Below the pieces are notes generated by a model, which did not search any database, was not told the origin of the DNA, and worked only from the letters and a program-made list of their open reading frames with translations. A stretch of DNA of 64,000 nt from Flaccisagitta enflata (taxonomy: Eukaryota): assembly GCA_965153355.1 (NCBI GenBank), contig OZ231126.1, positions 36,766,001 through 36,830,000 on the forward strand, written 5' to 3'. This document shows positions 43,505 to 57,700 of the stretch, in pieces. The position numbers were made by a program, and so were the translations under genes. How positions within the stretch are numbered: the stretch's first letter is position 1; every line of letters begins with the position of its first letter.

Positions 43505-44093
43505 CTTCTTTGTTGTCTGTGTCCACGCCGACGACCGAGGCGTTAGATCAAGCAGCTTATCAGCAGTTTGCCTTCAACGTCGCTCAGCAGCTGCGTCTCA
43601 TGCAGGATGGAACTGTCACCCCCAACAAATCCCCCGTCGCCGCCGCCACCACTACCGCCGTCAGCCCCAACCCCGCCGCTGCCAACGCAGCTGCCGCCGC
43701 CGCTCTTCTGGCTAATACACAGGCCGCGCTCGGCCAATTTCGCCGACATTCGCTGCTGCAACTGCAACAGCAACAACAGCAGCAGCAGCAACAGCTAGGA
43801 CAGCAACGGCAGCAGTCTGGAGTGGCGCCGCCGCCGATTCCGGCTTGGCTCGAGGGCGCCGTCGCCGCCGGTGCATCATCGGCGATAACGGCGTCGCCGT
43901 CGCCGCGCCATCTTCCAGGCGCTGGCGGCGTCGGCTGCGGCGGCAAATCTTCGGCAGCGTTCCAGCGGCGCCATCGCGTTGAAAGAACCAAACGAAGCCA
44001 ATCGGTGCCGCCGGAAATGATGACGGAGATGAACGACGCCGCGTTGGCGGCGTTTTACGGACGATCACCCGCCAGACTTCCCGGCGTCATGAG
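43505..44093 (+). CDS. Exon: Ala/Gln-rich low-complexity tail (ASLLSVSTPTTEALDQAAYQQF...RRHSL...RTKRSQSVPP...RLPGVM)
   Basis: TGCAG acceptor, AG|GTGAGA donor, phase 1-2; GC-rich 589 nt open frame. Confidence 0.85.
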
Positions 44094-44406
44094 GTGAGAG
44101 CCGAAAGGGATGAGAGTGGATTCGATTGTGAATGGTCTTAGTTGGATACGTACTGACAGTTACTTAGCACTGCCAGAGTTTCATGGTCTAATCCTGGGTG
44201 GTTTTTAGCACAGATCAACTTAACTGAAAACCCTCAAAACATAGAATTTGCTCTTTTATCGTTTAACAGTACCCCTTGGATAGTGATTTAAGCAGGACCG
44301 CCAAAAAAGTGAAACTTCTCCCTCCTGAGTGTTTAAACCTAAATCTAAGCGACCTCATTTTCAAGAGGAAAAGTTTTTATTTCTTCCATTTCTCTGATAT
44401 CTACAG

Positions 44407-44642
44407 CTCCGATAGTGAAGGCGGTGCTGAATCCGAGCCTGTCCGATTTTCGACTCACATTCCTCATCCTCATATCAACGCCAATCGTCGACATCCGACG
44501 TCAACCACGCTCTCCGCCACTGCAGCCGCCACCACCACCGCCTCCGCCGCCGCCGCCTCTGCCGCCTCTGCCGCCACCATGTCAGAACCGGAATCGAAAG
44601 ATCGTCGTCTTAAAGTCGCTCTTCCACCACCGAGAGCCAAAG
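44407..44642 (+). CDS. Exon: tail (SSDSEGGAESEPVRFSTHIPHPHINANRR...KVALPPPRAK)
   Basis: CTACAG acceptor, AAG|GTAATG donor, phase 2-1. Confidence 0.8.
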
Positions 44643-44776
44643 GTAATGGGGACTACGCGGTAATTCAAGAGATTTCAGTCAAATGTGTTTTTATTCTACC
44701 ACGGCTATTGGCTCGTTCTCACGTTTATATTCGTTATTGACCAATACTGTGAAAATCAACCTGTTTTTACACGCAG

Positions 44777-45001
44777 AACATCACTTCTTGGCCCCACCTT
44801 CGAGCAGTGCACCCGCTAAGCCGCTGAAGACGTCGCCGTCCGATGATAACCAAAAGAGAGAAGGAAGAGGAGGAGAAGGAAGAGGAAGAGGAGGAGGAGG
44901 AGAAGATTCAAATGAAGTAAAGACGGAGGAAACACTTGAAACGTCGAAGCGTCAAGAAGTGGAGGAACCAAGACCGACCACCATTCATCCACTGCAAAGC
45001 A
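44777..45001 (+). CDS. Exon: tail (EHHFLAPPSSSAPAKPLKTSP...TTIHPLQS)
   Basis: CGCAG acceptor, A|GTAAGC donor, phase 1-1. Confidence 0.8.
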
Positions 45002-45073
45002 GTAAGCCCGTCTTCTTTGTTTTTGTGTGTGGGTGGGTGGGTAAATCCCTAGTTGCTTTTGACGAGTCTAACC

Positions 45074-45137
<64 letters not shown>

Positions 45138-45146
45138 GCATCTCAG

Positions 45147-45333
45147 TGGCAAATTTGAATTCGTCTTCTTCCGAAGATGGCGAGTCTCCCTGCTCCACCA
45201 CTCCTTTGCTGAGGAATCTTCCAGCAAGTAGTCAACACCCCAACTATTTACACCGTCACCATCCGCCGTACGTCACCAACAATAATACCAACAATGCTCC
45301 GAATGTGGTCAACTTCAATGGTGCTCATACCAG
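45147..45333 (+). CDS. Exon: tail (MANLNSSSSEDGESPCSTTPLLRNLP...NFNGAHT)
   Basis: (CT)n tract plus TCTCAG acceptor, CAG|GTCAGT donor, phase 1-2. Confidence 0.8.
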
Positions 45334-45445
45334 GTCAGTTATATCGCAATAATGCAACAATTAGTCCCTCTTGGTTTCATTTTTTCCTTAATTACAAAGC
45401 TCATATATGAAAGATATGAATTGATGATTCGAATTTCCCTTGCAG

Positions 45446-45563
45446 CGCGACACTTGCGAATCATGGTGCTCAGCCATTAAACAGTTCGGGTGAATCCACG
45501 AAAACGAACTCTTTGGATGCGGACTGTGCTTCCGTCGTCACAAATGAAGACACGCTGCTACAG
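45446..45563 (+). CDS. Last visible exon (SATLANHGAQPLNSSGESTKTNSLDADCASVVTNEDTLLQ); either splices at GTGAAA or reads on VKE* to 45575
   Basis: CCCTTGCAG acceptor, phase 2 start; CAG|GTGAAA possible donor; in-frame TGA at 45573-45575. Confidence 0.75.
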
Positions 45564-45570
45564 GTGAAAG

Positions 45571-45664
<94 letters not shown>

Positions 45665-45709
45665 TAAATTTATATTAGCCTTTTGTTTTCATCTTAGAAA
45701 TGTACATTC

Positions 45710-48700
45710 AGGGGGGAGACAATAACCCGAGTCTAAAATATAAAGGGATTTTTTAGGATTTTCAAAGTCGCATCACGACTGTAAAAATGCAAGCACCTGG
45801 CTGATTTTTGGTATATACCCTCCTTGACTATTGTACTTTGATAAGAAAAAAAAATTAGGGGCTGAAATGCCTCCAAAGGAACCAGTTTACCACCCACACC
45901 TACCACCACATCCTCGTTTATGACCGTTTTTAGGGCTCAACAACCAAAAATCTAACTTCAATATGTTGAAAAAATGAATTTTCCTGGGGTGTCCTGTACT
46001 TGGGTAGTGCTCATTGGATGTCTCTGATGGGATTTAGGCTAAAAAAATCAAAATCCATGAATTTGTTTTCTCACAATATTGTCCACAAGCAAACTCCACC
46101 TATTTTTGACTAATTTGCTTTTTTAATTCATCCTACCCAAATTTGAGGTCTTTACACCCTTATCCATCCATCTCAGTCCAAAATCATTTTGATCTATCCC
46201 TAAGCATTTCATCTTAGGGGCCTACTAAAACCTAACCACCCTACTATACCTCTGAGTTCACAATAACATCTTTTGTTTAGTAGTTCCTACCCTGTGACGA
46301 GAAGAGGTCGCAAGGGGTGTTGTCTCCCGCCTTATTAGAGGGGGCACTTTGACATTTTTTCAAAAACTATTCTGGAACAATAAAAAACTGAAAAAATGAG
46401 ACTTTGGAATAGTGAAAAACCAAATCAGGGCCATTTAGTAGGTATATCATAGCCTACACAAGTCAGAAATAGCTTGAAAAACACTCATTTTGACCTTATT
46501 TGGCGATAGTCCATTTTAAGCAAAAATGAGAGTTTTTATAGTGAATTTTTCTCAAATTTCAGGTATTTTTGGAGGATTTTAGGGTATTTTCATTTTGTTT
46601 ACATGTTTATATGCTAGTCTAACAAAAAAAATTAACAAACAAGCTGAAAATTACAAATCTGATACTAGCAAGATACTCTTATAAGGGGGAGACAATAACC
46701 CGAGTCTAAAATATAAAGGGATTTTTTAGGATTTTCAAAGTCGCATCACGACTGTAAAATGCAAGCACCTGGCTGATTTTTGGTATATACCCTCCTTGAC
46801 TATTGTACTTTGATAAGAAAAAAAATTAGGGGCTGAAATGCCTCCAAAGGAACCAGTTTACCACCCACACCTACCACCACATCCTCGTTTATGACCGTTT
46901 TTAGGGCTCAACAACCAAAAATCTAACTTCAATATGTTGAAAAAATGAATTTTCCTGGGGTGTCCTGTACTTGGGTAGTGCTCATTGGATGTCTCTGAAG
47001 GGATTTAGGCTAAAAAATCAAAATCCATGAATTTGTTTTCTCACAATATTGTCCACAAGCAAACTCCACCTATTTTTGACTAATTTGCTTTTTTAATTCA
47101 TCCTACCCAAATTTGAGGTCTTTACACCCTTATCCATCCATCTCAGTCCAAAATCATTTTGATCTATCCCTAAGCATTTCATCTTAGGGGCCTACTAAAA
47201 CCTAACCACCCTACTATACCTCTGAGTTCACAATAACATCTTTTGTTTAGTAGTTCCTACCCTGTGACGAGAAGAGGTCGCAAGGGGTGTTGTCTCCCGC
47301 CTTATTAGAGGGGGGCACCTCACATTTTTTCAAAAACTATTCTGGAACAATAAAAAACTGAAAAAATGAGACTTTGGAATAGTGAAAAACCAAATCAGGG
47401 CCATTTAGTAGGTATATCATAGCCTACACAAGTCAGAAATAGCTTGAAAAACACTCATTTTGACCTTATTTGGCGATAGTCCATTTTAAGCAAAAATGAG
47501 AGTTTTTATAGTGAATTTTTCTCAAATTTCAGGTATTTTTGGAGGATTTTAGGGTATTTTCATTTTGTTTACATGTTTATATGCTAGTCTAACAAAAAAA
47601 TTAACAAACAAGCTGAAAATTACAAATCTGATACTAGCAAGATACTCTTATAAGGGGGGAGACAATAACCCGAGTCTAAAATATAAAGGGATTTTTTAGG
47701 ATTTTCAAAGTCGCATCACGACTGTAAAAATGCAAGCACCTGGCTGATTTTTGGTATATACCCTCCTTGACTATTGTACTTTGATAAGAAAAAAATTAGG
47801 GGCTGAAATGCCTCCAAAGGAACCAGTTTACCACCCACACCTACCACCACATCCTCGTTTATGACCGTTTTTAGGGCTCAACAACCAAAAATCTAACTTC
47901 AATATGTTGAAAAAATGAATTTTCCTGGGGTGTCCTGTACTTGGGTAGTGCTCATTGGATGTCTCTGAAGGGATTTAGGCTAAAAAAATCAAAATCCATG
48001 AATTTGTTTTCTCACAATATTGTCCACAAGCAAACTCCACCTATTTTTGACTAATTTGCTTTTTTAATTCATCCTACCCAAATTTGAGGTCTTTACACCC
48101 TTATCCATCCATCTCAGTCCAAAATCATTTTGATCTATCCCTAAGCATTTCATCTTAGGGGCCTACTAAAACCTAACCACCCTACTATACCTCTGAGTTC
48201 ACAATAACATCTTTTGTTTAGTAGTTCCTACCCTGTGACGAGAAGAGGTCGCAAGGGGTGTTGTCTCCCGCCTTATTAGAGGGGGGCACCTCACATTTTT
48301 TCAAAAACTATTCTGGAACAATAAAAAACTGAAAAAATGAGACTTTGGAATAGTGAAAAACCAAATCAGGGCCATTTAGTAGGTATATCATAGCCTACAC
48401 AAGTCAGAAATAGCTTGAAAAACACTCATTTGACCTTATTTGGCGATAGTCCATTTTAAGCAAAAATGAGAGTTTTTATAGTGAATTTTTCTCAAATTTC
48501 AGGTATTTTTGGAGGATTTTAGGGTATTTTCATTTTGTTTACATGTTTATATGCTAGTCTAACAAAAAAAATTAACAAACAAGCTGAAAATTACAAATCT
48601 GATACTAGCAAGATACTCTTATAAGGGGGGAGACAATAACCCGAGTCTAAAATATAAAGGGATTTTTTAGGATTTTCAAAGTCGCATCACGACTGTAAAA

Positions 48701-51700
48701 ATGCAAGCACCTGGCTGATTTTTGGTATATACCCTCCTTGACTATTGTACTTTGATAAGAAAAAAAAATTAGGGGCTGAAATGCCTCCAAAGGAACCAGT
48801 TTACCACCCACACCTACCACCACATCCTCGTTTATGACCTTTTTAGGGCTCAACAACCAAAAATCTAACTTCAATATGTTGAAAAATGAATTTTCCTGGG
48901 GTGTCCTGTACTTGGGTAGTGCTCATTGGATGTCTCTGAAGGGATTTAGGCTAAAAAATCAAAATCCATGAATTTGTTTTCTCACAATATTGTCCACAAG
49001 CAAACTCCACCTATTGTTTGACTAATTTGCTTTTTTAATTCATCCTACCCAAATTTGAGGTCTTTACACCCTTATCCATCCATCTCAGTCCAAAAATCAT
49101 TTTGATCTATCCCTAAGCATTTCATCTTAGGGGCCTACTAAAACCTAACCACCCTACTATACCTCTGAGTTCACAATAACATCTTTTGTTTAGTAGTTCC
49201 TACCCTGTGACGAGAAGAGGTCGCAAGGGGTGTTGTCTCCCGCCTTATTAGAGGGGGGCACCTCACATTTTTCAAAAACTATTCTGGAACAATAAAAAAC
49301 TGAAAAAATGAGACTTTGGAATAGTGAAAAACCAAATCAGGGCCATTTAGTAGGTATATCATAGCCTACACAAGTCAGAAATAGCTTGAAAAACACTCAT
49401 TTTGACCTTATTTGGCGATAGTCCATTTTAAGCAAAAATGAGAGTTTTTATAGTGAATTTTTCAAATTTCAGGTATTTTTTGGAGGATTTTAGGGTATTT
49501 CATTTTGTTTACATGTTTATATGCTAGTCTAACAAAAAAATTAACAAACAAGCTGAAAATTACAAATCTGATACTAGCAAGATACTCTTATAAGGGGGGA
49601 GACAATAACCCGAGTCTAAATATAAAGGATTTTTTAGGATTTTCAAAGTCGTATCACGACTGTAAAAATGCAAGTACCTGGCTGATTTTTGGTATATACC
49701 CTCCTTGACTATTGTACTTTGATAAGAAAAAAAATTAGGGCTGAAATGCTCAAAAGGAACCATTTACCACCCATACCTACCACCACATCCTGATTATGAC
49801 CGTTTAGGGCTCAACAACCAAAAATCTAACTTCAATATGTTGAAAAAATGAATTTTCCTGAGGTGTCCTGTACTTGGGTAGTGCTCATTGGATGTCTCTG
49901 AAGGGATTTAGGCTAAAAAAATCAAAATCCATGAATTTGTTTTCTCACAATATTGTCCACAAGCAAACTCCACCTATTTTTGACTAATTTGCTTTTTTAA
50001 TTCATCCTGCCCAAATTTGAGGTCTTTACACCCTTATCCATCCATCTCAGTCCAAAAATCATTTTGATCTATCCCTAAGCATTTCATCTTAGGGGCCCAC
50101 TAAACTAACCAACTACACCCTACCACTATACCTCTGAGTTCACAATAACATCTTTTGTTTAGTAGTTCCTACCCTGTGACTAGAAGAGGTCGCAAGGGGT
50201 GTTGTCTCCCGCCTTATTAGAGGGGGGCACCTCACATTTTTTCAAAAACTATTCTGGAACAATAAAAAACTGAAAAATGAGACTTTGGAATAGTGAAAAC
50301 CAAATCAGAGCCATTTAGTAGGTATATCATAGCCTACACAAGTCAGAAATAGCCTGAAAAACACTCATTTTGACCTTATTTACGATAGTCCATTTTAAGC
50401 AAAAATGAGAGTTTTTATAGTGAATTTTTCTCAAATTTCAGGTATTTTTGGAGGATTTTAGGTATTTACTTTGTTTACATGTTTATATGCTAGTCAACAA
50501 AAAAAATTAACAAACAAGCTGAAAATTACAAATCTGATACTAGCAAGATACTCTTATAAGGGGGGAGACAATAACCCGGGTCTAAAATATAAAGGGATTT
50601 TGTAGGATTTTCAAAGTCGCATCACGACTGTAAAAATGCAAGCACCTGGCTGAATTTTGGTATATACCCTCCTTGACTATTGTACTTTGATGAGAAAAAA
50701 ATTAGGGGCTGAAATGCCTCCAAAGGAACCAGTTTACCACCCACACCTACCACCACATCCTCGTTTATGACCTGTTAGGGCTCAACAACCAAAAATCTAA
50801 CTTCAATATGTTGAAAAAATGAATTTCCTGGGGTGTCCTGTACTTGGGTAGTGCTCATTTGATGTCTCTGAAGGGATTTAGGCTAAAAAAATCAAAATCC
50901 ATGAATTTGTTTTCTCACAATATTGTCCACAAGCAAACTCCACCTATTTTTGACTAATTTGCTTTTTTAATTCATCCTACCCAAATTTGAGGTCTTTACA
51001 CCCTTATCCATCCATCTCAGTCCAAAAATCATTTTGATCTATCCCTAAGCATTTCATCTTAGGGGCCTACTAAAACCTAACCACCCTACTATACCTCTGG
51101 GCTCACAATAACATCTTTTGTTTAGTAGTTCCTACCCTGTGACGAGAAGAGGTCGCAAGGGGTGTTGTCTCCCGCCTTATTAGAGGGGGGCACCTCACAT
51201 TTTTTCAAAAACTATTCTGGAACAATAAAAAACTGAAAAAATGAGACTTTGGAATAGTGAAAAACCAAATCAGGGCCATTTAGTAGGTATATCATAGCCT
51301 ACACAAGTCAGAAATAGCTTGAAAAACACTCATTTTGACCTTATTTGGCGATAGTCCATTTTAAGCAAAAATGAGAGTTTTTATAGTGAATTTTTCTCAA
51401 ATTTCAGGTATTTTTGGAGGATTTTAGGGTATTTTCATCTTGTTTACATGTTTATATGCTAATCTAACAAAAAAAATTGACAAACAAGCTGAAAATTACA
51501 AATCTGATACTAGCAAGATACTCTTATAAGGGGGGAGACAATAACCCGAGTCTAAAATATAAAGGGATTTTCTAGGATTTTCAAAGTCGCATCACGACTG
51601 TAAAAATGCAAGCACCTGGCTGATTTTTGGTATATACCCTCCTTGACTATTGTATTTTGATAAGAAAAAAAACATTAGGGGCTGAAATGCCTCCAAAGGA

Positions 51701-54700
51701 ACCAGTTTACCACCCACACCTACCACCACATCCACGATTATGACCTTTTTAGGGCTCAACAACCAAAAATCTAACTTCAATATGTTGAAAAAATGAATTT
51801 TCCTGGGGTGTCCTGTACTTGGGTAGTGCTCATTGGATGTCTCTGAAGGGATTTAGGCTAAAAAAATCAAAATCCATGAATTTGTTTTCTCACAATATTG
51901 TCCACAAGCAAACTCCACCTATTTTTGACTAATTTGCTTTTTTAATTCATCCTACCCAAATTTGAGGTCTTTACACCCTTATCCATCCATCTCAGTCCAA
52001 AAATCATTTTGATCTATCCCTAAGCATTTTATCTTAGGGGCCTACTAAAACCTAACCACCCTACTATACCTCTGGGCTCACAATAACATCTTTTGTTTAG
52101 TAGTTCCTACCCTGTGACGAGAAGAGGTCGCAAGGGGTGTTGTCTCCCGCCTTATTAGAGGGGGGCACCTCACATTTTTTCAAAAACTATTCTGGAACAA
52201 TAAAAAGATGAAAAAATGAGACTTGGAATAGTGAAAAACCAAATCAGGGCCATTTAGTAGGTATATCATAGCCTACACAAGTCAGAAATAGCTTGAAAAC
52301 ACTCATTTTGACCTTATTTAAGGATAGTCCATTTTAAGCAAAATGAGAGTTTTATAGTGAATTTTTCTCAAATTTCAGGTATTTTTGGAGGATTTTAGGA
52401 GTTTTCATTTTGTTTATATGTTTATATGCTAGTCTAACAAAAATTAACAAACAAGCTGAAAATTACAAATCTGATACTAGCAAGATACTCTTATAATGGG
52501 AGACAATAACCCGAGTCTAAAATATAAAGGGATTTTTTAGGATTTTCAAAGTCGCATCACGACTGTAAAAATGCAAGCACCTGGCTGATTTTTGGTATAT
52601 ACCCTCCTTGACTATTGTACTTTGATAAGAAAAAAAATTAGGGGCTGAAATGCCTCCAAAGGAACCAGTTTACCACCCACACCTACCACCACATCCTCGT
52701 TATATGACTTTTTTAGGGCTCAACAACCAAAAATCTAACTTCAATATGTTGAAAAAATGAATTTTCCTGGGGTGTCCTGTACTTGGGTAGTGCTCATTGG
52801 ATGTCTCTGAAGGGATTTAGGCTAAAAAAATCAAAATCCATGAATTTGTTTTCTCACAATATTGTCCACAAGCAAACTCCACCTATTTTTGACTAATTTG
52901 CTTTTTTAATTCATCCTACCCAAATTTGAGGTCTTTACACCCTTATCCATCCATCTCAGTCCAAAATCATTTTGATCTATCCCTAAGCATTTTATCTTGG
53001 GGGCTTACTAAAACCTAACCACCCTACTATACCTCTGAGCTCACAATAACATCTTTTGTTTAGTAGTTCCTACCCTGTGACGAGAAGAGGTCGCAAGGGG
53101 TGTTGTCTCCCGCCTTATTAGAGGGGGGCACCTCACATTTTTTCAAAAACTATTCTGGAACAATAAAAAACTGAAAAAATGAGACTTTGGAATAGTGAAA
53201 AACCAAATCAGGGCCATTTAGTAGGTATATCATAGCCTACACAAGTCAGAAATAGCTTGAAAAACACTCATTTTGACCTTATTTGGCGATAGTCCATTTT
53301 AAGCAAAAATGAGAGTTTTTATAGTGAATTTTTCTCAAATTTCAGGTATTTTTGGAGGATTTTAGGGTATTTTCATTTTGTTTACATGTTTATATGCTAG
53401 TCTAACAAAAAAAATTGACAAACAAGCTGAAAATTACAAATCTGATACTAGCAAGATACTCTTATAAGGGGGGAGACAATAACCCGAGTCTAAAATATAA
53501 AGGGATTTTTTAGGATTTTCAAAGTCGCATCACGACTGTAAAAATGCAAGCACCTGGCTGATTTTTGGTATATACCCTCCTTGACTATTGTACTTTGATA
53601 AGAAAAAAAAATTAGGGGCTGAAATGCCTCCAAAGGAACCAGTTTACCACCCACACCTACCACCACATCCTCGTTTATGACCGTTTTTAGGGCTCAACAA
53701 CCAAAAATCTAACTTCAATATGTTGAAAAAATGAATTTTCCTGGGGTGTCCTGTACTTGGGTAGTGCTCATTGGATGTCTCTGAAGGGATTTAGGTAAAA
53801 AAATCAAAATCCATGAATTTGTTTTCTCACAATATTGTCCACAAGCAAACTCCACCTATTTTTGACTAATTTGCTTTTTTAATTCATCCTACCCAAATTT
53901 GAGGTCTTTACACCCTTATCCATCCATCTCAGTCCAAAAATCATTTTGATCTATCCCTAAGCATTTCATCTTAGGGGCCTACTAAAACCTAACCACCCTA
54001 CTATACCTCTGAGTTCACAATAACATCTTTTGTTTAGTAGTTCCTACCCTGTGACGAGAAGAGGTCGCAAGGGGTGTTGTCTCCCGCCTTATTAGAGGGG
54101 GCACCTCACATTTTTTCAAAAACTATTCTGGAACAATAAAAAACTGAAAAATGAGACTTTGGAATAGTGAAAAACCAAATCAGGGCCATTTAGTAGGTAT
54201 ATCATAGCCTACACAAGTCAGAAATAGCTTGAAAAACACTCATTTTGACCTTATTTGGCGATAGTCCATTTTAAGCAAAAATGAGAGTTTTTATAGTGAA
54301 TTTTTCTCAAATTTCAGGTATTTTTGGAGGATTTTAGGGTATTTTCATTTTGTTTACATGTTTATATGCTAGTCTAACAAAAATATTAACAAACAAGCTG
54401 AAAATTACAAATCTGATACTAGCAAGATACTCTTATAAGGGGGGGAGACAATAACCCGAGTCTAAAATATAAAGGGATTTTTTAGATTTTCAAAGTCGCA
54501 TCACGACTGTAAAAATGCAAGCACCTGGCTGATTTTTGTATATACCCTCCTTGACTATTGTACTTTGATAAGAAAAAAATTAGGGGCTGAAATGCTCCAA
54601 AGGAACCAGTTTACCACCCACACCTACCACCACATCCTCGTTTATGACCGTTTTTAGGGCTCAACAACCAAAAATCTAACTTCAATATGTTGAAAAAATG

Positions 54701-57700
54701 AATTTTCCTGGGGTGTCCTGTACTTGGGTAGTGCTCATTGGATGTCTCTGAAGGGATTTAGGCTAAAAAAATCAAAATCCATGAATTTGTTTTCTCACAA
54801 TATTGTCCACAAGCAAACTCCACCTATTTTTGACTAATTTGCTTTTTTAATTCATCCTACCCAAATTTGAGGTCTTTACACCCTTATCCATCCATCTCAG
54901 TCCAAAATCATTTTGATCTATCCCTAAGCATTTCATCTTAGGGGCCTACTAAAACCTAACCACCCTACTATACCTCTGAGTTCACAATAACATCTTTTGT
55001 TTAGTAGTTCCTACCCTGTGACGAGAAGAGGTCGCAAGGGGTGTTGTCTCCCGCCTTATTAGAGGGGGGCACCTCACATTTTTTCAAAAACTATTCTGGA
55101 ACAATAAAAAACTGAAAAAATGAGACTTTGGAATAGTGAAAAACCAAATCAGGGCCATTTAGTAGGTATATCATAGCCTACACAAGTCAGAAATAGCTTG
55201 AAAACACTCATTTTGACCTTATTTGGCGATAGTCCATTTTAAGCAAAAATGAGAGTTTTTATAGTGAATTTTTCTCAAATTTCAGGTATTTTTGGAGGAT
55301 TTTAGGGTATTTTCATTTTGTTTACATGTTTATATGCTAGTCTAACAAAAAAATTAACAAACAAGCTGAAAATTACAAATCTGATACTAGCAAGATACTC
55401 TTATAAGGGGGGAGACAATAACCCGAGTCTAAAATATAAAGGGATTTTTTAGGATTTTCAAAGTCGCATCACGACTGTAAAAATGCAAGCACCTGGCTGA
55501 TTTTTGGTATATACCCTCCTTGACTATTGTACTTTGATAAGAAAAAAAATAAGGGGCTGAAATGCCTCCAAAGGAACCAGTTTACCACCCACACCTACCA
55601 CCACATCCTCGATTATGACCTTTTTAGGGCTCAACAACCAAAAATCTAACTTCAATATGTTGAAAAATGAATTTTCCTGGGGTGTCCTGTACTTGGGTAG
55701 TGCTCATTGGATGTCTCTGAAGGGATTTAGGCTAAAAAAATCAAAATCCATGAATTTGTTTTCTCACAATATTGTCCACAAGCAAACTCCACCTATTTTT
55801 GACTAATTTGCTTTTTTAATTCATCCTACCCAAATTTGAGGTCTTTACACCCTTATCCATCCATCTCAGTCCAAAAATCATTTTGATCTATCCCTAAGCA
55901 TTTCATCTTAGGGGCCTACTAAAACCTAACCACCCTACTATACCTCTGAGTTCACAATAACATCTTTTGTTTAGTAGTTCCTACCCTGTGACGAGAAGAG
56001 GTCGCAAGGGGTGTTGTCTCCCGCCTTATTAGAGGGGCACCTCACATTTTTTCAAAAACTATTCTGGAACAAAAAAAACTGAAAAAATGAGACTTTGGAA
56101 TAGTGAAAAACCAAATCAGGGCCATTTAGTAGGTATATCATAGCCTACACAAGTCAGAAATAGCTTGAAAAACACTCATTTTGACCTTATTTGGCGATAG
56201 TCCATTTTAAGCAAAAATGAGAGTTTTTATAGTGAATTTTTCTCAAATTTCAGGTATTTTTGGAGGATTTTAGGGTATTTTCATTTTGTTTACATGTTTA
56301 TATGCTAGTCTAACAAAAAAATTAACAAACAAGCTGAAAATTACAAATCTGATACTAGCAAGATACTCTTATAAGGGGGAGACAATAACCCGAGTCTAAA
56401 ATATAAAGGGATTTTCTAGGATTTTCAAAGTTGCGTCACGACTGTAAGAATGCAAGCACCTGGCTGATTTTTGGTATATACCCTCCTTGACTATTGTACT
56501 TTGATAAGAAAAAAAATAAGGGGCTGAAATGCCTCCAAAGGAACCAGTTTACCACCCACACCTACCACCACATCCTCGTTTATGACCGTTTTTAGGGCTC
56601 AACAACCAAAAATCTAACTTCAATATGTTGAAAAAATGAATTTTCCTGGGGTGTCCTGTACTTGGGTAGTGCTCATTGGATGTCTCTGAAGGGATTTAGG
56701 CTAAAAAATCAAAATCCATGAATTTGTTTTCTCACAATATTGTCCACAAGCAAACTCCACCTATTTTTGACTAATTTGCTTTTTTAATTCATCCTACCCA
56801 AATTTGAGGTCTTTACACCCTTATCCATCCATCTCAGTCCAAAATCATTTTGATCTATCCCTAAGCATTTCATCTTAGGGCCTACTAAAACCTAACCACC
56901 CTACTATACCTCTGAGTTCACAATAACATCTTTTGTTTAGTAGTTCCTACCCTGTGACGAGAAGAGGTCGCAAGGGGTGTTGTCTCCCGCCTTATTAGAG
57001 GGGGGCACCTCACATTTTTTCAAAAACTATTCTGGAACAATAAAAAACTGAAAAAATGAGACTTTGGAATAGTGAAAACCAAATCAGGGCCATTTAGTAG
57101 GTATATCATAGCCTACACAAGTCAGAAATAGCTTGAAAAACACTCATTTTGACCTTATTTGGCGATAGTCCATTTTAAGCAAAAATGAGAGTTTTTATAG
57201 TGAATTTTTCTCAAATTTCAGGTATTTTTGGAGGATTTTAGGGTATTTTCATTTTGTTTACATGTTTATATGCTAGTCTAACAAAAAAAATTAACAAACA
57301 AGCTGAAAATTACAAATCTGATACTAGCAAGATACTCTTATAAGGGGGAGACAATAACCCGAGAGTCTAAAATATAAAGGGATTTTTAGGATTTTCAAAG
57401 TCGCATCACGACTGTAAAAATGCAAGCACCTGGCTGATTTTTGGTATATACCCTCCTTGACTATTGTACTTTGATAAGAAAAAAAATTAGGGGCTGAAAT
57501 GCCTCCAAAGGAACCAGTTTACCACCCACACCTACCACCACATCCTCGTTTATGACCTTTTTAGGGCTCAACAACCAAAAATCTAACTTCAATATGTTGA
57601 AAAATGAATTTTCCTGGGGTGTCCTGTACTTGGGTGCTCATTGGATGTCTCTGAAGGGATTTAGGCTAAAAAAATCAAAATCCATGAATTTGTTTTCTCA

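Noticed and set aside
43660-43735. AAANAAAAAALLA stretch as a second transmembrane helix
   Set aside because: Short poly-Ala low-complexity tract from GCC repeats, lacking bulky hydrophobic residues
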